DNA of 63,428 nt, counting the filler, from Octopus bimaculoides (Eukaryota): NCBI RefSeq assembly GCF_001194135.2. It is 6 parts of 6 records of this genome, joined end to end, with 100 filler letters (N's around TTAATTAATTAA, not from the genome) between each part and the next. Parts side by side here need not be neighbours in the genome. Positions count along the whole stretch, not along the records: positions 1 to 22,554 come from NC_068996.1; positions 22,655 to 38,904 come from NC_068988.1; 4 more parts are not named here. One strand, 5' to 3'. The notes beneath the pieces are model-generated. The model was not told where the DNA came from, searched no databases, and was given only the letters and a program-made list of their open reading frames with translations. A program made the translations under genes and the position numbers. Shown piece after piece: positions 13,811 through 27,927 of the stretch. Position 1 is the stretch's first letter, and every line of letters starts with the position of its first letter.

Positions 13811-14764
13811 CATTACTCAACACAGAGATGCCCCTCTGCCACCATACTAAACACTTTGGTACCGAATTATTCCGCACTGTCTGGAATTTCTAATCACCAC
13901 CACCACCACCACCACTCTCACTCGACAGAACTTTAAGCTGAACATCAGCCACATCGAATTTCACCAGTCTCAGTGAGTCTGCGGTTATCATGGGCAAGCT
14001 TCACCTACCTCCTCTTCTCTGTCTAAAACAATAATCTTAAGCCTAAAAACAGCACAAACATACACGCATAGTCACTCACGCACTCACATACACTAACATA
14101 CATTTTAAATGAGAGTTAGTGATGAAATTTGAGTGCGCATATACTCATACATAAACACAGAGAGACACATATGTGCACAAATGTATGTGTGCGTTTGTGT
14201 GTGTGTGTATTTGCATGTAAACTTAGATGTATATATGTATACATAGTCACAAATATATGCCTCCACTTACACTCGGTATCGGATTAACGCATACATTCAT
14301 GCATACATACTAAAATACATACATACATACAAAAAGAGGAAGAGAACATACATATACATGAATACATATACATACAAACATACAAAAGAAGAGAACATAC
14401 ACACACATATAGATATACATACAGAAATACATACTAACAAACATTGAGACATACATAAAATACCTACATACTAAAATACATGCAAACATTCAAAAAGAAG
14501 AGAAAATACATGCATACATACATACATACACACACATTCATACATACGTTTATACATACTTACATACATACATACATGCATGCATGCATACATACATACA
14601 TACATACATACATACATACATGCATACATGCATACGTGCATACATACATACTAACGTACAGACAAAATTGTAGGGATATTTGTCCCAAACTTGAATTCAC
14701 AATGCATGAACTTCCCACAAACAACATGGCTCGATTCCGCAACATGAGGAATATTGGAGAAGAA

Positions 14765-14803
<39 letters not shown>

Positions 14804-14854
14804 NNNNNNNNNNNNNNNNNNNNNNNNNNNNNNNNNNNNNNNNNNNNNNNNNNN

Positions 14855-14911
<57 letters not shown>

Positions 14912-15249
14912 ATATAATCTAAAAATGTAAACAGAATCTTATTACTTGTGCTGAGAAACGATACTGAATCTATAAAGTATATTTTTCTCTTTACGTTATG
15001 AACTCAGTAAGGACTTTTCTGCTATAATGGTATAATGTGACAAAAATGATCCCTCAGTTGGCTTTATATATAGTATTAAAAGTGTACTGAGACGAACTTT
15101 ACATACAACTAAATTGTTTCATGATAAACTAATTACACCAAGTAACATTTGTTAAACGCAAGAGATGCGTTGAGGACTGTAATTTTATTCGTGAGAGTGA
15201 TGAATGTATTTTGTTCACAAAAGTGTGAACACTGTGCAAATAACATTAT

Positions 15250-15530
15250 GCGAGTTTCCTTCTAAACATACATGTTTGAACAAGGCTGGCACCATCTGCC
15301 ACAACGGATCAAACTCCGACAACCACTAATGCTCTTCACAAAAGAACTGACCTTCAACACCGAGGTGTCAGAGATTGTAGTGGCAATGATAATCATAAGT
15401 GCATTCAAAAACTGAAGAGCAATGGGTACAAACAGTTGAAGGGAATTCTTTAGGAAGATTTCAAGAAAAGTTTATTTCGTTTTTACGAAGCCCATTGTGT
15501 AGTTGTTTATAATGATTAACGAAACTATGG
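15250..15530 (+). mobile_element. Possible Tc1/mariner-superfamily DDE C-terminal remnant
   Basis: Weak traces of QQDGAP and WPP.SP motifs through frameshifts. Confidence 0.25.
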
Positions 15531-15636
15531 TGAATATTTGCCGGAAAGTAATGACTCCTCACTTTGGTAAACTAACTCTTCTTTATAGCTCTTCTCAGCG
15601 ACTACAAATCAGTCCCAAGGAAACGCCAACAACCTG

Positions 15637-15958
15637 GCACTCCGTCACTTACGACGACAAGGGTTCCAGTTGATGCAATGTATGGAACAGCTTGCTCGCG
15701 AAATTAATGCGCATGTGGTTGAGCACTCCACAAGCATGTGTACCTTTGACATAGTTCTCAGGGAGGTTCAGTATGACACAGCACGTGACAAGGCCGGCTT
15801 TTAAATTACAAGTACATCGCATTTTTGCTAGCTGAGTGGACTGCAGTAACATGAAATAAAGCGCCTTGCTCAAGCACACAATGCGCCATCGAGAATCGAA
15901 CTCGCGTCCTTTAGATCACGAGCCGAATACTCTAAGCACCAAACCACGCGCCTTCCGC
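15637..15958 (-). mobile_element. SINE family C (tRNA head, TTGAGCAAG domain, GACGGAGTG end), full length
   Basis: Reverse complement is colinear with the copy at 46275-46598. Confidence 0.85.
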
Positions 15959-16139
15959 AAAGTAATACCAAAGAAGCATACAGAGGCAAAGCATAGATTG
16001 GAAAATAGAAAAGAGATTGTTGATCTGCTAAAGACAAGTAGTTATATGGTGATGTTTAAAACATGCAAACAACCAAATTCCTTATTAACAATAGATGAAA
16101 AATAAAGTCGAAGCAATATCTGGAAATAGCAAAAGAAGA

Positions 16140-16630
16140 ATCCATCATCATCTGGTCGTGCTTATTGCACAGATCGCTGTAACTCGTTCTCTCCAGTTTG
16201 TTCTGCCTGCCAATGCACGTGGTAGGTCTTTTCGGGTACACAGTTGCTTTATGTAGGTTCGTTGTTGTCTACCAACATTTACATACACACATTTCGATCC
16301 TCAAAGAATAACGTCGCTGATGATCTTAACCTTTACTATCCAGAAATGACTAGCGAATCTTGTTCTTTCTCTGATGACATGAGATATTGGTGGTAAACTA
16401 CCATAGAGAAGTTACTTCGTAGGGTGTTGTTTCCAGGATATTTCCAGAGCAGCTCGAAACATATTCTTGTATAATTTCCACCAATTTTCTTTTCAAGATA
16501 CTTTATTAATGTCCATACTGTACATCCATATATCAGAACTGACTGCATAACCGCCTGAAGGAAAGTACGTTTCAAATTTATGTTTGTTTCGGCGGAGAAA
16601 CTGCTATCTGCTAACGGCGAAATACACAAA
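16140..16630 (-). mobile_element. RTE-like LINE 3' end (post-RT region)
   Basis: LKRTFLQAVMQSVLIYGCTVWTLIKYLEKKIGGNYTRI matches the LINE consensus R..V.SVLLYGCETWTL...EKRLDG.YTRM. Confidence 0.75.
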
Positions 16631-17199
16631 GACGCTGGGCGACAAAACTTCCGAAGTGAGCGGTAATGGTTACCCAGTTCAGCAAGACAACTACTGCATC
16701 ATCTATAGGTGTGGCGTCCGTAGATGAAATATTCAGCAAACAAAAATAAACATGACTCTTTCTCTTATCAAAAGGAGGCTACTATAAATTTCAACCCACA
16801 AACGAGTTAGAAGTTGTTAATAAGAAACTTCTACATCATAAAGTAACAGACAAAAATAATGCACATTAAACTCAGTTAGCTCAATCAATAATTTATGAAG
16901 GGACAGTAAAGAAAATATCACACAGGTTCCTTCTTAGAAACATATGAATTCATTCTTGAGAAAAAATCTGGAATAAGAAACAAGCGTTCAACCAGAATAC
17001 AGTGTAGCTAACAGAAATTTAAAAGATATTTTGTCTTTATATTACACCAAAAGCATAAATTATCAATAGCGGTAATCTTGTGTCTAGGCTGTAATAGAAA
17101 ATTTTCAGGATAGGAAAGCACAAAAAATTCTTGATCGTCTGAAAATGGTACAAAAAATAAACCTTCTCACTGGGGCTATCTTATCGAAGTTGAAGATAT

Positions 17200-19110
17200 A
17201 CATATACGAAGCTTGCTGGCGTTGACAGAAATAAATATTACAGCAAAGAAAACCACTCATTTGAAAGGAAACTTACGTCCAATTACATGCCAGAATGTAA
17301 CGTGTCAATTGTGAGAGAATTTCTCAACTTACTCTTCTAGGATTACTGCAGTAGTAGTAGTAACATTATCACAACTGAATAATTAGTTTTGAAGAAGGGA
17401 GTTCGGAGATATGCTGAATAACTTCTGGTTAATAGAACTATAATGTCAAGAGTGTCGTGACAGTAGCGAAACTTGGTTACTGCCTAGCAGGATCACAAAA
17501 AAGCATTCGAGTCTAATCCTTATTCATAAATATTCGAGGCCCTTCGACTTGTTAAAGTTCTTTATACTATAAATGTGGTTATAAGCAATCTGACTTTATC
17601 CTGGGTCACAATTCCAAAGTTAAACGTCACAAATTATTGTATTATCACAGATAGGATATCGCAGCGGGTGCATTTCAAAGAGACAGTCTCTCTGTGATAC
17701 TGTTTATGCTTTCAGTAGACTAATTATTCGTTTAATCGAGAAAATCTGAAGGCTTACAGTAGGACTAATGCTCAACTTCTTTGTAGACAACTTGAAAATA
17801 TAGGGAAAAATATGAATGGTATGAATAAGAGCCAGAACCTGCTTGCGATGTTATCAAGGAAAATATGGTTGATATTTCACAAGGATAAATATTTTTACAT
17901 GACTGTAAGTCAAAGAAAGATTTTGCAAGAGCCAAGCAATGGCTTTATTAGGAATAACCAATATTGTTGGGAGAGATAAATATATGTATCGCAAAATGGA
18001 ACTCGCTATGAGAAGTGCGTAAGTAGGAAATATAACACACTGATGGGAAAATATGGTCTCAAGGACTTCTGCATGTGTTTGCTGACCAGGGCAGGCCAAT
18101 GACGTTAAATTAGCCATCACCATAACAGTGATATAAACCACATCTACCTAAAATGAATATAAAGCGACTGAAGCTTAACATCGATTCGAACGGCTTTTAA
18201 ATGTTACGTCATATTCTTTTCACAATATTTATTGACCATAAATGTTTAAATGTATCGATGGTTCAAATCTGCGTTCATAAGGTGTTGCTCAGAAAATATT
18301 CCCTAACTAAGGATACATAAGTAGCTTATCATATTTCGTATGTGTATTTGGTGTGCAAAAAAAAAAAAATACATAAGAACTTTTACAACTATATCGCAAC
18401 AGATCATCTGATGAAAGATTGCTTGTTTATCAACTAATAATGCGTAGATATGCTGTCAGAAAGCTTCAAAGTGACAGAAATACTGTTTGTTAAAGTAGTC
18501 TACATTAAACCAACAATCAGAATATTAGCTCTCTTTGAAGAGTATGCTTCTGCAATCCAAGAACAATAAACATTAACGAAATAGCTGGAGTACAAAAGGG
18601 ATAAAGATGCAGGTACAACATTAAAAATTCAACAACTGTTGCAGTCTCTGAAATTAGCACAGAAGATGTCACAAATAGCAGCTGCCCGAAATACTTTTTA
18701 TTTATGAAGCTTGATGTTGTGGTAAAAAAACATTATACCATGCAATCCGTAGAGGGATATAAGTGATTTGGGTGGTAATCTCATTTTTAATATGAGAACA
18801 TATTGGTGGAATTTTGCAGTCAAAAACTTAATGATCAACGGTAAAAAAAAAATTTGCAGAGTAATGAAAGTCAGTTGTATGTCAGGTATAAAAATAACGT
18901 TATTAGTGAAAAGAAAAATGTTTATGATAATTTAATGAGAAAGGTGCAGATACATCACCCGCGTTTGAAATTTGTACCTGTATTTATTGAGGCACACGGA
19001 TAAAAAAATAACTGGTTCGGTGCATATCTTTAAAAAGTGACAAAATCAGAATAAGAAATTTTCAATTAGAAGATATGAATGGAAGTATATAAAATATTTC
19101 AGAAGCTTAA
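17200..19110 (+). mobile_element. Third, older R4-like RLE retrotransposon remnant, interrupted around 17820-18200
   Basis: KGNLRPITCQN, GAFQRDSLSVILFMLS, FFVDNLKI (YMDD position), then an RLE-like region with ICRVMKVSC and KFVPVFIEAHG. Confidence 0.65.
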
Positions 19111-19489
19111 CCTGTAATAATTGCATATACTCTCTTATAGACATACGAACTTATGTACATATCCGTAAGTCAAACTACATAGATTCAGATATGTACTGAC
19201 CTCAATGATTATACATACTTACTTGTGTAGATACGTACATAATCATTTAGTTGGCATTGTTTAAATTGCAATGAAAGGGTCTCGTTTTGATGTCACAGAG
19301 TAGCATTTTCTCTATTAGTGACAAATTTGAAAGCTAAAATTAGGATATACATAAAACCTGGTATCGCATTGGAAGCCACTAATTTGAAGTAAATAAACCT
19401 TGCTACTGAGAGAAAACAACTAATGTATAGTAATTACATTTGCAATATATACAAGTGCTTATATTTCAACATTTTCTGAGCCACAGGCT

Positions 19490-20330
19490 GAAGACCTACG
19501 CATTTTATTGTGATGGAATAATTATCATAGTTAGGGATATAAAAACAGCAGTTGGTGTGTCATATATAATATCAGTTCATATGTTTTTATCATAGAAAGT
19601 TGTCAGTGCAAAATTACATTAGTCAGCAAAGCACAAGTTTTCGCAATGACACCAGTGAATAAAACTTTACATCTGGATATCAGTGCTAGGTCATTTGGAA
19701 TGTCACAAGGTTAGAGTGGATAGCTATGAAAATGAAATGAATATTTTACAGTGGAAAAATGAAAATGAACATACTTGCTGAAACTGGCAAAAAAAAAATC
19801 GTTTCGGATGATCATCCGGCTAAGCGTGTGTCTTGTTTTGAGAGTAGCTAGATAAATATTCCTTTTGTAGTTTAGATTATATCGTTAAAAAGGCATAGGG
19901 CATATAAATGTATGCAACAATAGCATGTAAATTGCAATGGATTGTACACTGTAAACTACAATGACTTGTAAATTTCAGCTGTGGTGGTGTGTGACAGTTG
20001 TTTATGCTGAACAATAACTTTGTTAATATTTTCAGCCTTTTATAAACTTGCCGAAGTTAGCTAATTATGTGCCTCATATTGAGATCGGCTAAATGAAAAC
20101 TTCGCTTCAGGTGTAGGTTCTGTTGTTGCAACAGCAAAGAAGGTTGGCACTTTGCTACAATGGTTTATAAGCTGAGTTAAAAATACGTTGCGGGAGCGTG
20201 TGACAAAATTTGAGCTGACTTGTAATAGAAAGCTGCAATATTTGTTAATATCAATGTTCATTAACGCTCACGAAACTTGTCTGCGCAAAGAAAACGAAAG
20301 ATGTACGACCAAATCAATTCAAAATAAACA
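19490..20330 (+). mobile_element. Probable hAT transposase remnant
   Basis: YCDG (catalytic D position), then about 23 codons later HCFYHR after a 1-nt frameshift (CxxH motif), then SARSF and ERVTKFEL, in hAT order. Confidence 0.35.
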
Positions 20331-21520
20331 ATATCTGGCCGATAAAACGACTTGCATAATTGTTGATTGCTAAAATAATTGCTGTAATGTACTTTGTATG
20401 CATAATTCTTCTATATCGCTGTTATATCATCTATATCGCTTCCGTGAGCTGAAGTAAAAAAATACCTGAATGAGCAGTCGATTGGTCACAAGAAAAGTCT
20501 GTGAAGAAATATTTAGATATATAATTTAACGATACGGAAACAAAATCAATGTGTTCACACGACGTATATCTCAAGACTACAAAACTCCCTCTCAATGACT
20601 CCTACCGACATCTTATCTCAACCAATACGCTACTCTTTAAAAGAGTTCGGCTAGTCCATTCTTTCATTCCCCCAGTGGGGGGGGGGAGTCAATGAAAGAA
20701 CAGATTTAGACTTTATATGCGTATGTGTATATGTATGTATGTATATATGTGCATATATATATATATATATATATATANNNNNNNNNNNNNNNNNNNNNNN
20801 NNNNNNNNNNNNNNNNNNNNNNNNNNNNNNNNNNNNNNNNNNNNNNNNNNNNNNNNNNNNNNNNNNNNNNNNNNNNNNNNNNNNNNNNNNNNNNNNNNNN
20901 NNNNNNNNNNNNNNNNNNNNNNNNNNNNNNNNNNNNNNNNNNNNNNNNNNNNNNNNNNNNNNNNNNNNNNNNNNNNNNNNNNNNNNNNNNNNNNNNNNNN
21001 NNNNNNNNNNNNNNNNNNNNNNNNNNNNNNNNNNNNNNNNNNNNNNNNNNNNNNNNNNNNNNNNNNNNNNNNNNNNNNNNNNNNNNNNNNNNNNNNNNNN
21101 NNNNNNNNNNNNNNNNNNNNNNNNNNNNNNNNNNNNNNNNNNNNNNNNNNNNNNNNNNNNNNNNNNNNNNNNNNNNNNNNNNNNNNNNNNNNNNNNNNNN
21201 NNNNNNNNNNNNNNNNNNNNNNNNNNNNNNNNNNNNNNNNNNNNNNNNNNNNNNNNNNNNNNNNNNNNNNNNNNNNNNNNNNNNNNNNNNNNNNNNNNNN
21301 NNNNNNNNNNNNNNNNNNNNNNNNNNNNNNNNNNNNNNNNNNNNNNNNNNNNNNNNNNNNNNNNNNNNNNNNNNNNNNNNNNNNNNNNNNNNNNNNNNNN
21401 NNNNNNNNNNNNNNNNNNNNNNNNNNNNNNNNNNNNNNNNNNNNNNNNNNNNNNNNNNNNNNNNNNNNNNNNNNNNNNNNNNNNNNNNNNNNNNNNNNNN
21501 NNNNNNNNNNNNNNNNNNNN

Positions 21521-21555
<35 letters not shown>

Positions 21556-22598
21556 AACAATAGTAAAGCATAAAACAAATTTTGACTTTTCAAAATGAAA
21601 CAAAAATAACTAACATGGAAAATAACGTTTATTTTTGTATACTTCCACTATATATTTGGAAAGTTTGCCCTTACATCTTTAATTTCAGTCTTGAACCAGA
21701 TCTTCAAAATTAAATTTACTTAATACACTTGTTTCTATACTTTGCAGAGATAAAATGCCCAAACTGCCTTGTTGCATAGTTGTTCTGATGAGGATCTTAA
21801 TATACTTCAACTGAAAAAACGAACGCTCATCTGAACAATTTTCACGATTCTCACATTTCATAAGCACAACCAGTCCAGAAAATTATGAAATATTAACTAC
21901 ATTATTTGTTGTGAATATCCCGAAAATTGGAAGAGGTAGAAAAAGTAAGAGGAATCAACTAACTTAAAAAGTTGTAACGTTATCACAGATGTTGTTGCCA
22001 TGCAGGACCTTGAGTAAGTTAATGAGGGCCGCTACAATCACCTCTCAGTAGACCACTGAACGGGACAGCTAACATAACTAAGATATGAATGACCACGCGA
22101 ACCTCTATGGACCATGAGGCAGTTACCAGATTCTAATTTTATTGCATTCCGAAGATAAATTTAATGCAATTTTTAAAAGGGGGAATATTAATAAATCGCA
22201 GGGCAATATAAATAATCATTGTGAATTTACAACACACACAAACACACGCGCGCATACATACATACATGCATACATACATACATACATACATACATACATA
22301 CATACATACATACATACATACATGCATTCATACATACATACATGCATACATACATACATACATACATACATACATGGATACATACATACATACATACATA
22401 CATAAATAAATACATACATACATACATACATACATACATAAATAAATACATACATAAATACATACATACATACATACATACACTGGGTAGAGACCTGATC
22501 GTTGGATACTGGTACAAGAAGCTTACCTGTTACCAACCGTACCTTATTAAACTGNNNNNNNNNNNNNNNNNNNNNNNNNNNNNNNNNNNNNNNNNNNN

Positions 22599-22610
22599 TT
22601 AATTAATTAA
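22599..22610. other. Artificial assembly spacer TTAATTAATTAA within an N gap (also 38949, 50184, 52444, 60376)
   Basis: Identical 12-mer with stops in all six frames, centred in gaps of about 100 bp, five times. Confidence 0.9.
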
Positions 22611-22653
22611 NNNNNNNNNNNNNNNNNNNNNNNNNNNNNNNNNNNNNNNNNNN

Positions 22654-22932
22654 NGAGTTGGTTTGGTAGACGGAAACTGAAAGAAGCCTGTCGTATATAT
22701 ATATATGTGTGTGTTTGTGTGTCTGTGTTTGTCCCCCCAACATCGTTTGACAACCTGTGCTGGTGTGTTTACGCCCCCGTAGTCTAGCGGTTCGGCAAAA
22801 GAGACCGATAGAATAAGTACTAGGCTTACAAAGAATAAGTCCTAGTGTCGATTTGATTCGACTAAAGGCGGTGCTCCAGCATGGCCACAGTCAAATGACT
22901 GAAACAAATAAGAGAATAAAAGAATAAAAGAA
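22654..22932 (+). mobile_element. SINE family A, 3' half
   Basis: High similarity to 6165-6441. Confidence 0.85.
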
Positions 22933-22945
22933 TATATAGATATTA

Positions 22946-23042
22946 ATAGTTATCGCCAAGCTAACATGGTTGTCCATGGACTCTTGGAGCTAATCAACGG
23001 CAGCATTCGTTCATGTTAGCATGTTAGCTTGGCGATAACTAT
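22946..23042. repeat. Inverted repeat with perfect 23-bp arms and 51-nt spacer
   Basis: ATAGTTATCGCCAAGCTAACATG at 22946-22968 and its exact reverse complement at 23020-23042. Confidence 0.9.
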
Positions 23043-23206
23043 CAATGTCCAGTACCGCTGTCGTAATCTCCTTTAGAGAGATCTAGAAATATTAATATTT
23101 CTATAACACACACACACACACACACATACACACACACACACACACATACATATATATATATGTATGTATGTATGTATGTGTGTATGTATGTATGTGTGTA
23201 TGTATG

Positions 23207-23291
<85 letters not shown>

Positions 23292-26200
23292 GTATATCTG
23301 TATGTATATGTGTATATAAAGCAACTTTTCACTGAAATTCATAATTCTGTAGTTTGTTTACTGATTTACGGTTTAGACACACACCTGTATCTTTTTGGGC
23401 GCGATTCCATATGTACGCAGTTATCTCTCTTCTCAGCAGGTTCTTGGCTAAACGTATTTATTGTGCATAGAGCATATATATTTTCTCCCCGCATGTTTTC
23501 ATGTCTGTTTTTCTGTGTTAGTTCGCTGTTTTCTTTGTTGTTTACACCTCAGTATAAACTCCATTGAGATATACATATGTTCAGAGACAACCCAGCTGTG
23601 ACCATCCTGTATCTTCAGTTATGAAGTATATCTAGGACATGGATGGGCCTTCATAAAAGTCTGCAATACCAATTTTAAAAGGATTAACTATAAGCATTCA
23701 CCAAAAATTAAACTACATGTATCTATATAATCGTCACTCCAATAACAAATAATGAAAAGAAATTCGACACATGTTATCTAAAAAGATACTTCATCTATGA
23801 TTACATTATCCAAGTAATCTTTGCGCTTTAAATGGGAAAAATAGCATGATGTTATTTAACAGAGATTTGGTTGATATTTCTAGTAATTAAATGTTCATGT
23901 AGGGACTCATTTATTAGCCAATTCACTGCAATAACAAATGTATTGTAATAGCAAATACCTCAGAACTTTTGACAACGTCTTGATTTTAACATTTTCTTTT
24001 ACCTCCATATATATCGCTGACATCCTTTATCCATACAGCGATTAAATTTCTTGCATGCTATGATCAGTAGGAAGGGGAGAAACGAGTGAGTCGGTTGTCC
24101 CTAAGTGAGGGTAGCAAGAGAACGGCTAAATCCGAGAAGCAGAGACTAAAATAGTTACTATAGAAATAGCAAGGAGAAAAGTTGGAGGATGTAGAACGAT
24201 TTCGTGTCCATTCGTCTTCCAATATATCTGATTATCTTCTATCACCACAAATGTAGACTTTTGCTACAAGAGCAGCATAGTCAAATGGACTCTGCTTAGT
24301 CTATAACTGACTCCTATTTAATCAAGCCCTGGTGGATATAAATTCAAGGACGATATTAATAGGACTTAAAATTAGAATGAAACAGAAGAAAAATAATGCC
24401 GTATCGTATTTACTATGGCGCTACATTGTATCTAACAAATGGCAGCGCTTATTTGCTCAAGATATAGCACAGACATTTAGTTTATTGAACTTAAAGAGGC
24501 ATAAGTTAAAGTACATTACGAGGTAGTTTGCAATCACATAAGTGAGACACTCGATATAAAGATATATTCCTGTGTGATACTTTTGTGGCTGATTCATTAG
24601 ATTAGATTGGGCTACATTTAAAGCAGGCTTATCTACTCAGATTGAAACGAAGAGATACCGATTGTGCCATTACTTAATCTATTGGTCTACTTGTAAAAAT
24701 AGCTAAACTTCTAAACCTCACTCTATAAAACGAAAATTGAAAGGTCAGACTGGCTAATGTAGTCCTACACATAGAAAATGACAGGATGATCGTGGTTGAA
24801 ATCAATTTCATCATAACTTTGCTCGCTCGGGTCGGGACTAATCTGGAGCTAAGCAGTAACACTAAGAGAGGTATTACTAAGTCAATGGCTGAACTGCTAA
24901 CGTTAATGTCATTCAAGCAAGGAGTCATAAATGCAACATATTCAACCGCTTTTTATCCCTCACCCTCGTGCTGAAAAGGTGGGCGGGGTGTAATTGCGCA
25001 TATATGGAATTCTTTTCATTTAGACACACGTATCAATGTTGGTTTGTGTATATTGTTTATGCTAAGAAAGAATATGAGAAAATAATATTTAAGTTTGTAG
25101 ACGTTGTTTTGTCCTAGATTAAAAGGAAGTTATTAAACTTGCAGTTTGAATTTTTAACTGGAACTATATTATTTTAATTACAAGTGCCTCTGGAATGAAA
25201 CACATTTCATCACTCATTTCGCCTTCTATTAAACACTGGTCCTTGTACCTAGCCAACTTCCTTACCGTATTTCTGTGGAAAAATTCACACAAATAACCGT
25301 TATTATTAAACAGATGTTTGGAACATAAATTAACCTGAAATTTTGGTGACAGATTTTAACTTAGATTACATCAAACCTAGAAGTTTGTATCAGAGAACAA
25401 AGGGTGGCTTCGGGCGCGTTGGTATCAAAAAGATTAGAATGATGAGGGTATTCATTATCTGTGTGAAGTGACCAGGCCAACTGTTCATAAATGGGTAATT
25501 GCTGAACTACGTATAAGAAATGCTCTGGGCATCACGTTCAAATATTTAACAATATAAATTCCTTTTGCAATATGCAATAAAACGAATGCCGTGGAAAACA
25601 CGTTAGCTATTTAAAAACACACAAAATCTGTTAACTTCACTTAAACATTTATTATTTGGTGCGAAATTTTCGCCGCACCAACTGCGACCTGGTAAACTGA
25701 CAACGTTATTTTGTGATTAAGTCGCAACATCCATATATTAGGTCGCATTTTCTAGCAACATAAAGTTTGGAACCATATCACAAACAATACATATTTAAGT
25801 AAAGTTAACAACCTTTGTGTGTTTCTAAATGGCTAAGACGTGCCTCCCACGCTGCAATCGTTTTCGCTTCAACACACGGTTTCAGATGAGAACACTTGCT
25901 ATTCCAATACATCTCGTTATGCGACATGTTACTCGAAAAACCAATATTTAATAATATAAAACCAAATCTTATGCAAAGTTTTGGAAAAATCATTATCTAA
26001 ACATAATATTAAAAAGACTTGAACTATAATATTGAAGTTGAAGACCATAATTATTATTCATAATTAAAAATCAGTGAAACATTTACGAGAACAATATGAA
26101 ATAATAATTTTGGATGTAAAAAGGATATCAGATACAGGTTTTACGCAAAGAGCATTTAGAAATTATGGAAAGCAAATAATTGGAATCGTTGATAAAAGAG

Positions 26201-26563
26201 AACCAAAGAGAAAAATAAACACAAAATCAGTTTGGATATAATTAATTTCTATAGTATCTCAATCTCTCTCTTCTACTCCCCTTCTCTCCCGTTTTCTCTT
26301 ACTCTTCATCTGTCTCTCTCCTCTTCCTCTTTCTCTTGCGAAGTTGGATCCCCAGTTCATCATGAACTTGAATTCACTTATGTCTTTAGAGATTTGTAGT
26401 TTTATAGCATTTAAATTTCTAATATATGTATATGTATGTATACACCCCGCACCATACATGCATAAATACATAAGTATATGCATAAATACATACGCATATG
26501 CATAAATACATACGCATATGCATAAATACATACATATTTATATACATACATACATACATACAA

Positions 26564-26611
<48 letters not shown>

Positions 26612-26612
26612 C

Positions 26613-26670
<58 letters not shown>

Positions 26671-26689
26671 GACTAAAGCACATAAATTA

Positions 26690-27024
26690 AAGCATAGGCA
26701 CCGACATGATCCTGGGTTCGGTCCCACTGTGTGACACCTTGGGAAAGTGGCTGCTACTATAGCATTGGGCCGACCAAATCCTTGTCAGTAGATTTAATAG
26801 GCGGAAACCAATGTGTGTGTCTTTGTATCTGTGTTTGTACCCTACCACCACTTGATGTGTTTACGTCCTCGTAAACTGGCTGCTCGGTAAAAGATACCGA
26901 TTGAATAAGTACCAGGCTTTAAAAAAAAGTGCTGGTGTGGATTCATTTCACTAAAATTTCAAGGCGGTATCCCAGCATAGCCGTAGTCGAATGGCTGAAA
27001 CAAATATAAGATAAAAGATAAAAG
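26690..27024 (+). mobile_element. SINE family A, degenerate
   Basis: GGGTTCGGTCCCACTG..CACCTTGGGAAAGTG..AAGGCGGTATCCCAGCATAGCC colinear with 6051-6441. Confidence 0.75.
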
Positions 27025-27188
27025 GTGCACAAATATATCACATGTATCCTTTCTACGGCGCATAACACTAGCCTGTTGTTTGGTCAATTTCTTCTGATAA
27101 TCATCCTTTAACTATTTTCTTAAAAACTCTGTTCTTAATTCCTCCTGCTATTATATATATTGCCAGTGATATAATTTTTGAAAGCATT

Positions 27189-27927
27189 GGATCTAGTTCA
27201 AAACGGGGGCGCCAGTATTTTCTTAACGAAACACTTTGAAACTTGGGACACTGGTAGAATGTGTCATATAAAACATCTTTTTCTCTTAGTCTTCTTAAGA
27301 AAAATTATTATATTGCAATTTATTTCATGTTAAAGTTGTCGTATTTCTGTAATTTCAACCAATGACTGACGTCCATTCAGCCGAATACATTAAGTGCTGA
27401 CTACGTAAACAAACGATTCTCAAACGATTCTGGCGGTGATAAAATTATTATTTCCTTGTCAAAAAATGGCTGAAGCATATTGGCAGTAGCTAATAAACCT
27501 TTCTATTATAGGCACAAGGCCTGGTTTTTGAGGGAAGGGTTAGGGTTAGGGTTAGGGTTAGGGTTAGGGCAAATGTTGTACACATACAGTTCAGGCAGAT
27601 GTTAACGAAATTATATTAAAAATAAAACAAAGGAAAACGAACACACGTGTGTTGCCTCTCTGCAAAATGTCAGATGTAATGAAGATTAATTACGCTTTAC
27701 ACCGCTTAAACTGCCAAAGGAGTAACTGTAAACAGTTACTTGTCAGTGATTGGTTGAAATTATCGAAATAAGACAATTTTTTACATGAAATAACTTCGAA
27801 TACAAAATTTTTTTTCAGTTCTATAACACAAAATAGATAAGTATACGAAGTTTGAAAGTCTTTCGGTACCAAAAAACACTACATAAAACATAAATGAAAA
27901 CTGGTGCCCCCGTTTTGAACTAGATCC
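27189..27927. mobile_element. Non-autonomous DNA transposon, 28-bp TIRs beginning GG, 8-bp TSD AAAGCATT (Merlin-like or hAT/P-like)
   Basis: TIR GGATCTAGTTCAAAACGGGGGC(G/A)CCAGT at 27189-27216 and 27900-27927 (1 mismatch); identical AAAGCATT at 27181-27188 and 27928-27935; extra internal inverted segment about 27322-27370 / 27742-27793. Confidence 0.85.
27540..27569 (+). repeat. Interstitial telomere-type repeat (TTAGGG)5
   Basis: Five perfect units preceded by AGGG. Confidence 0.9.

Noticed and set aside
23065-23090. Short hairpin followed by CTAG as a possible Helitron 3' end
   Set aside because: Followed by A rather than the expected T, and no 5' TC end is identifiable.
25680-26250. Possible hAT C-terminal/terminal remnant
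   Set aside because: Only a short TGCGACC/GGTCGCA inverted pair and no clear transposase motif.
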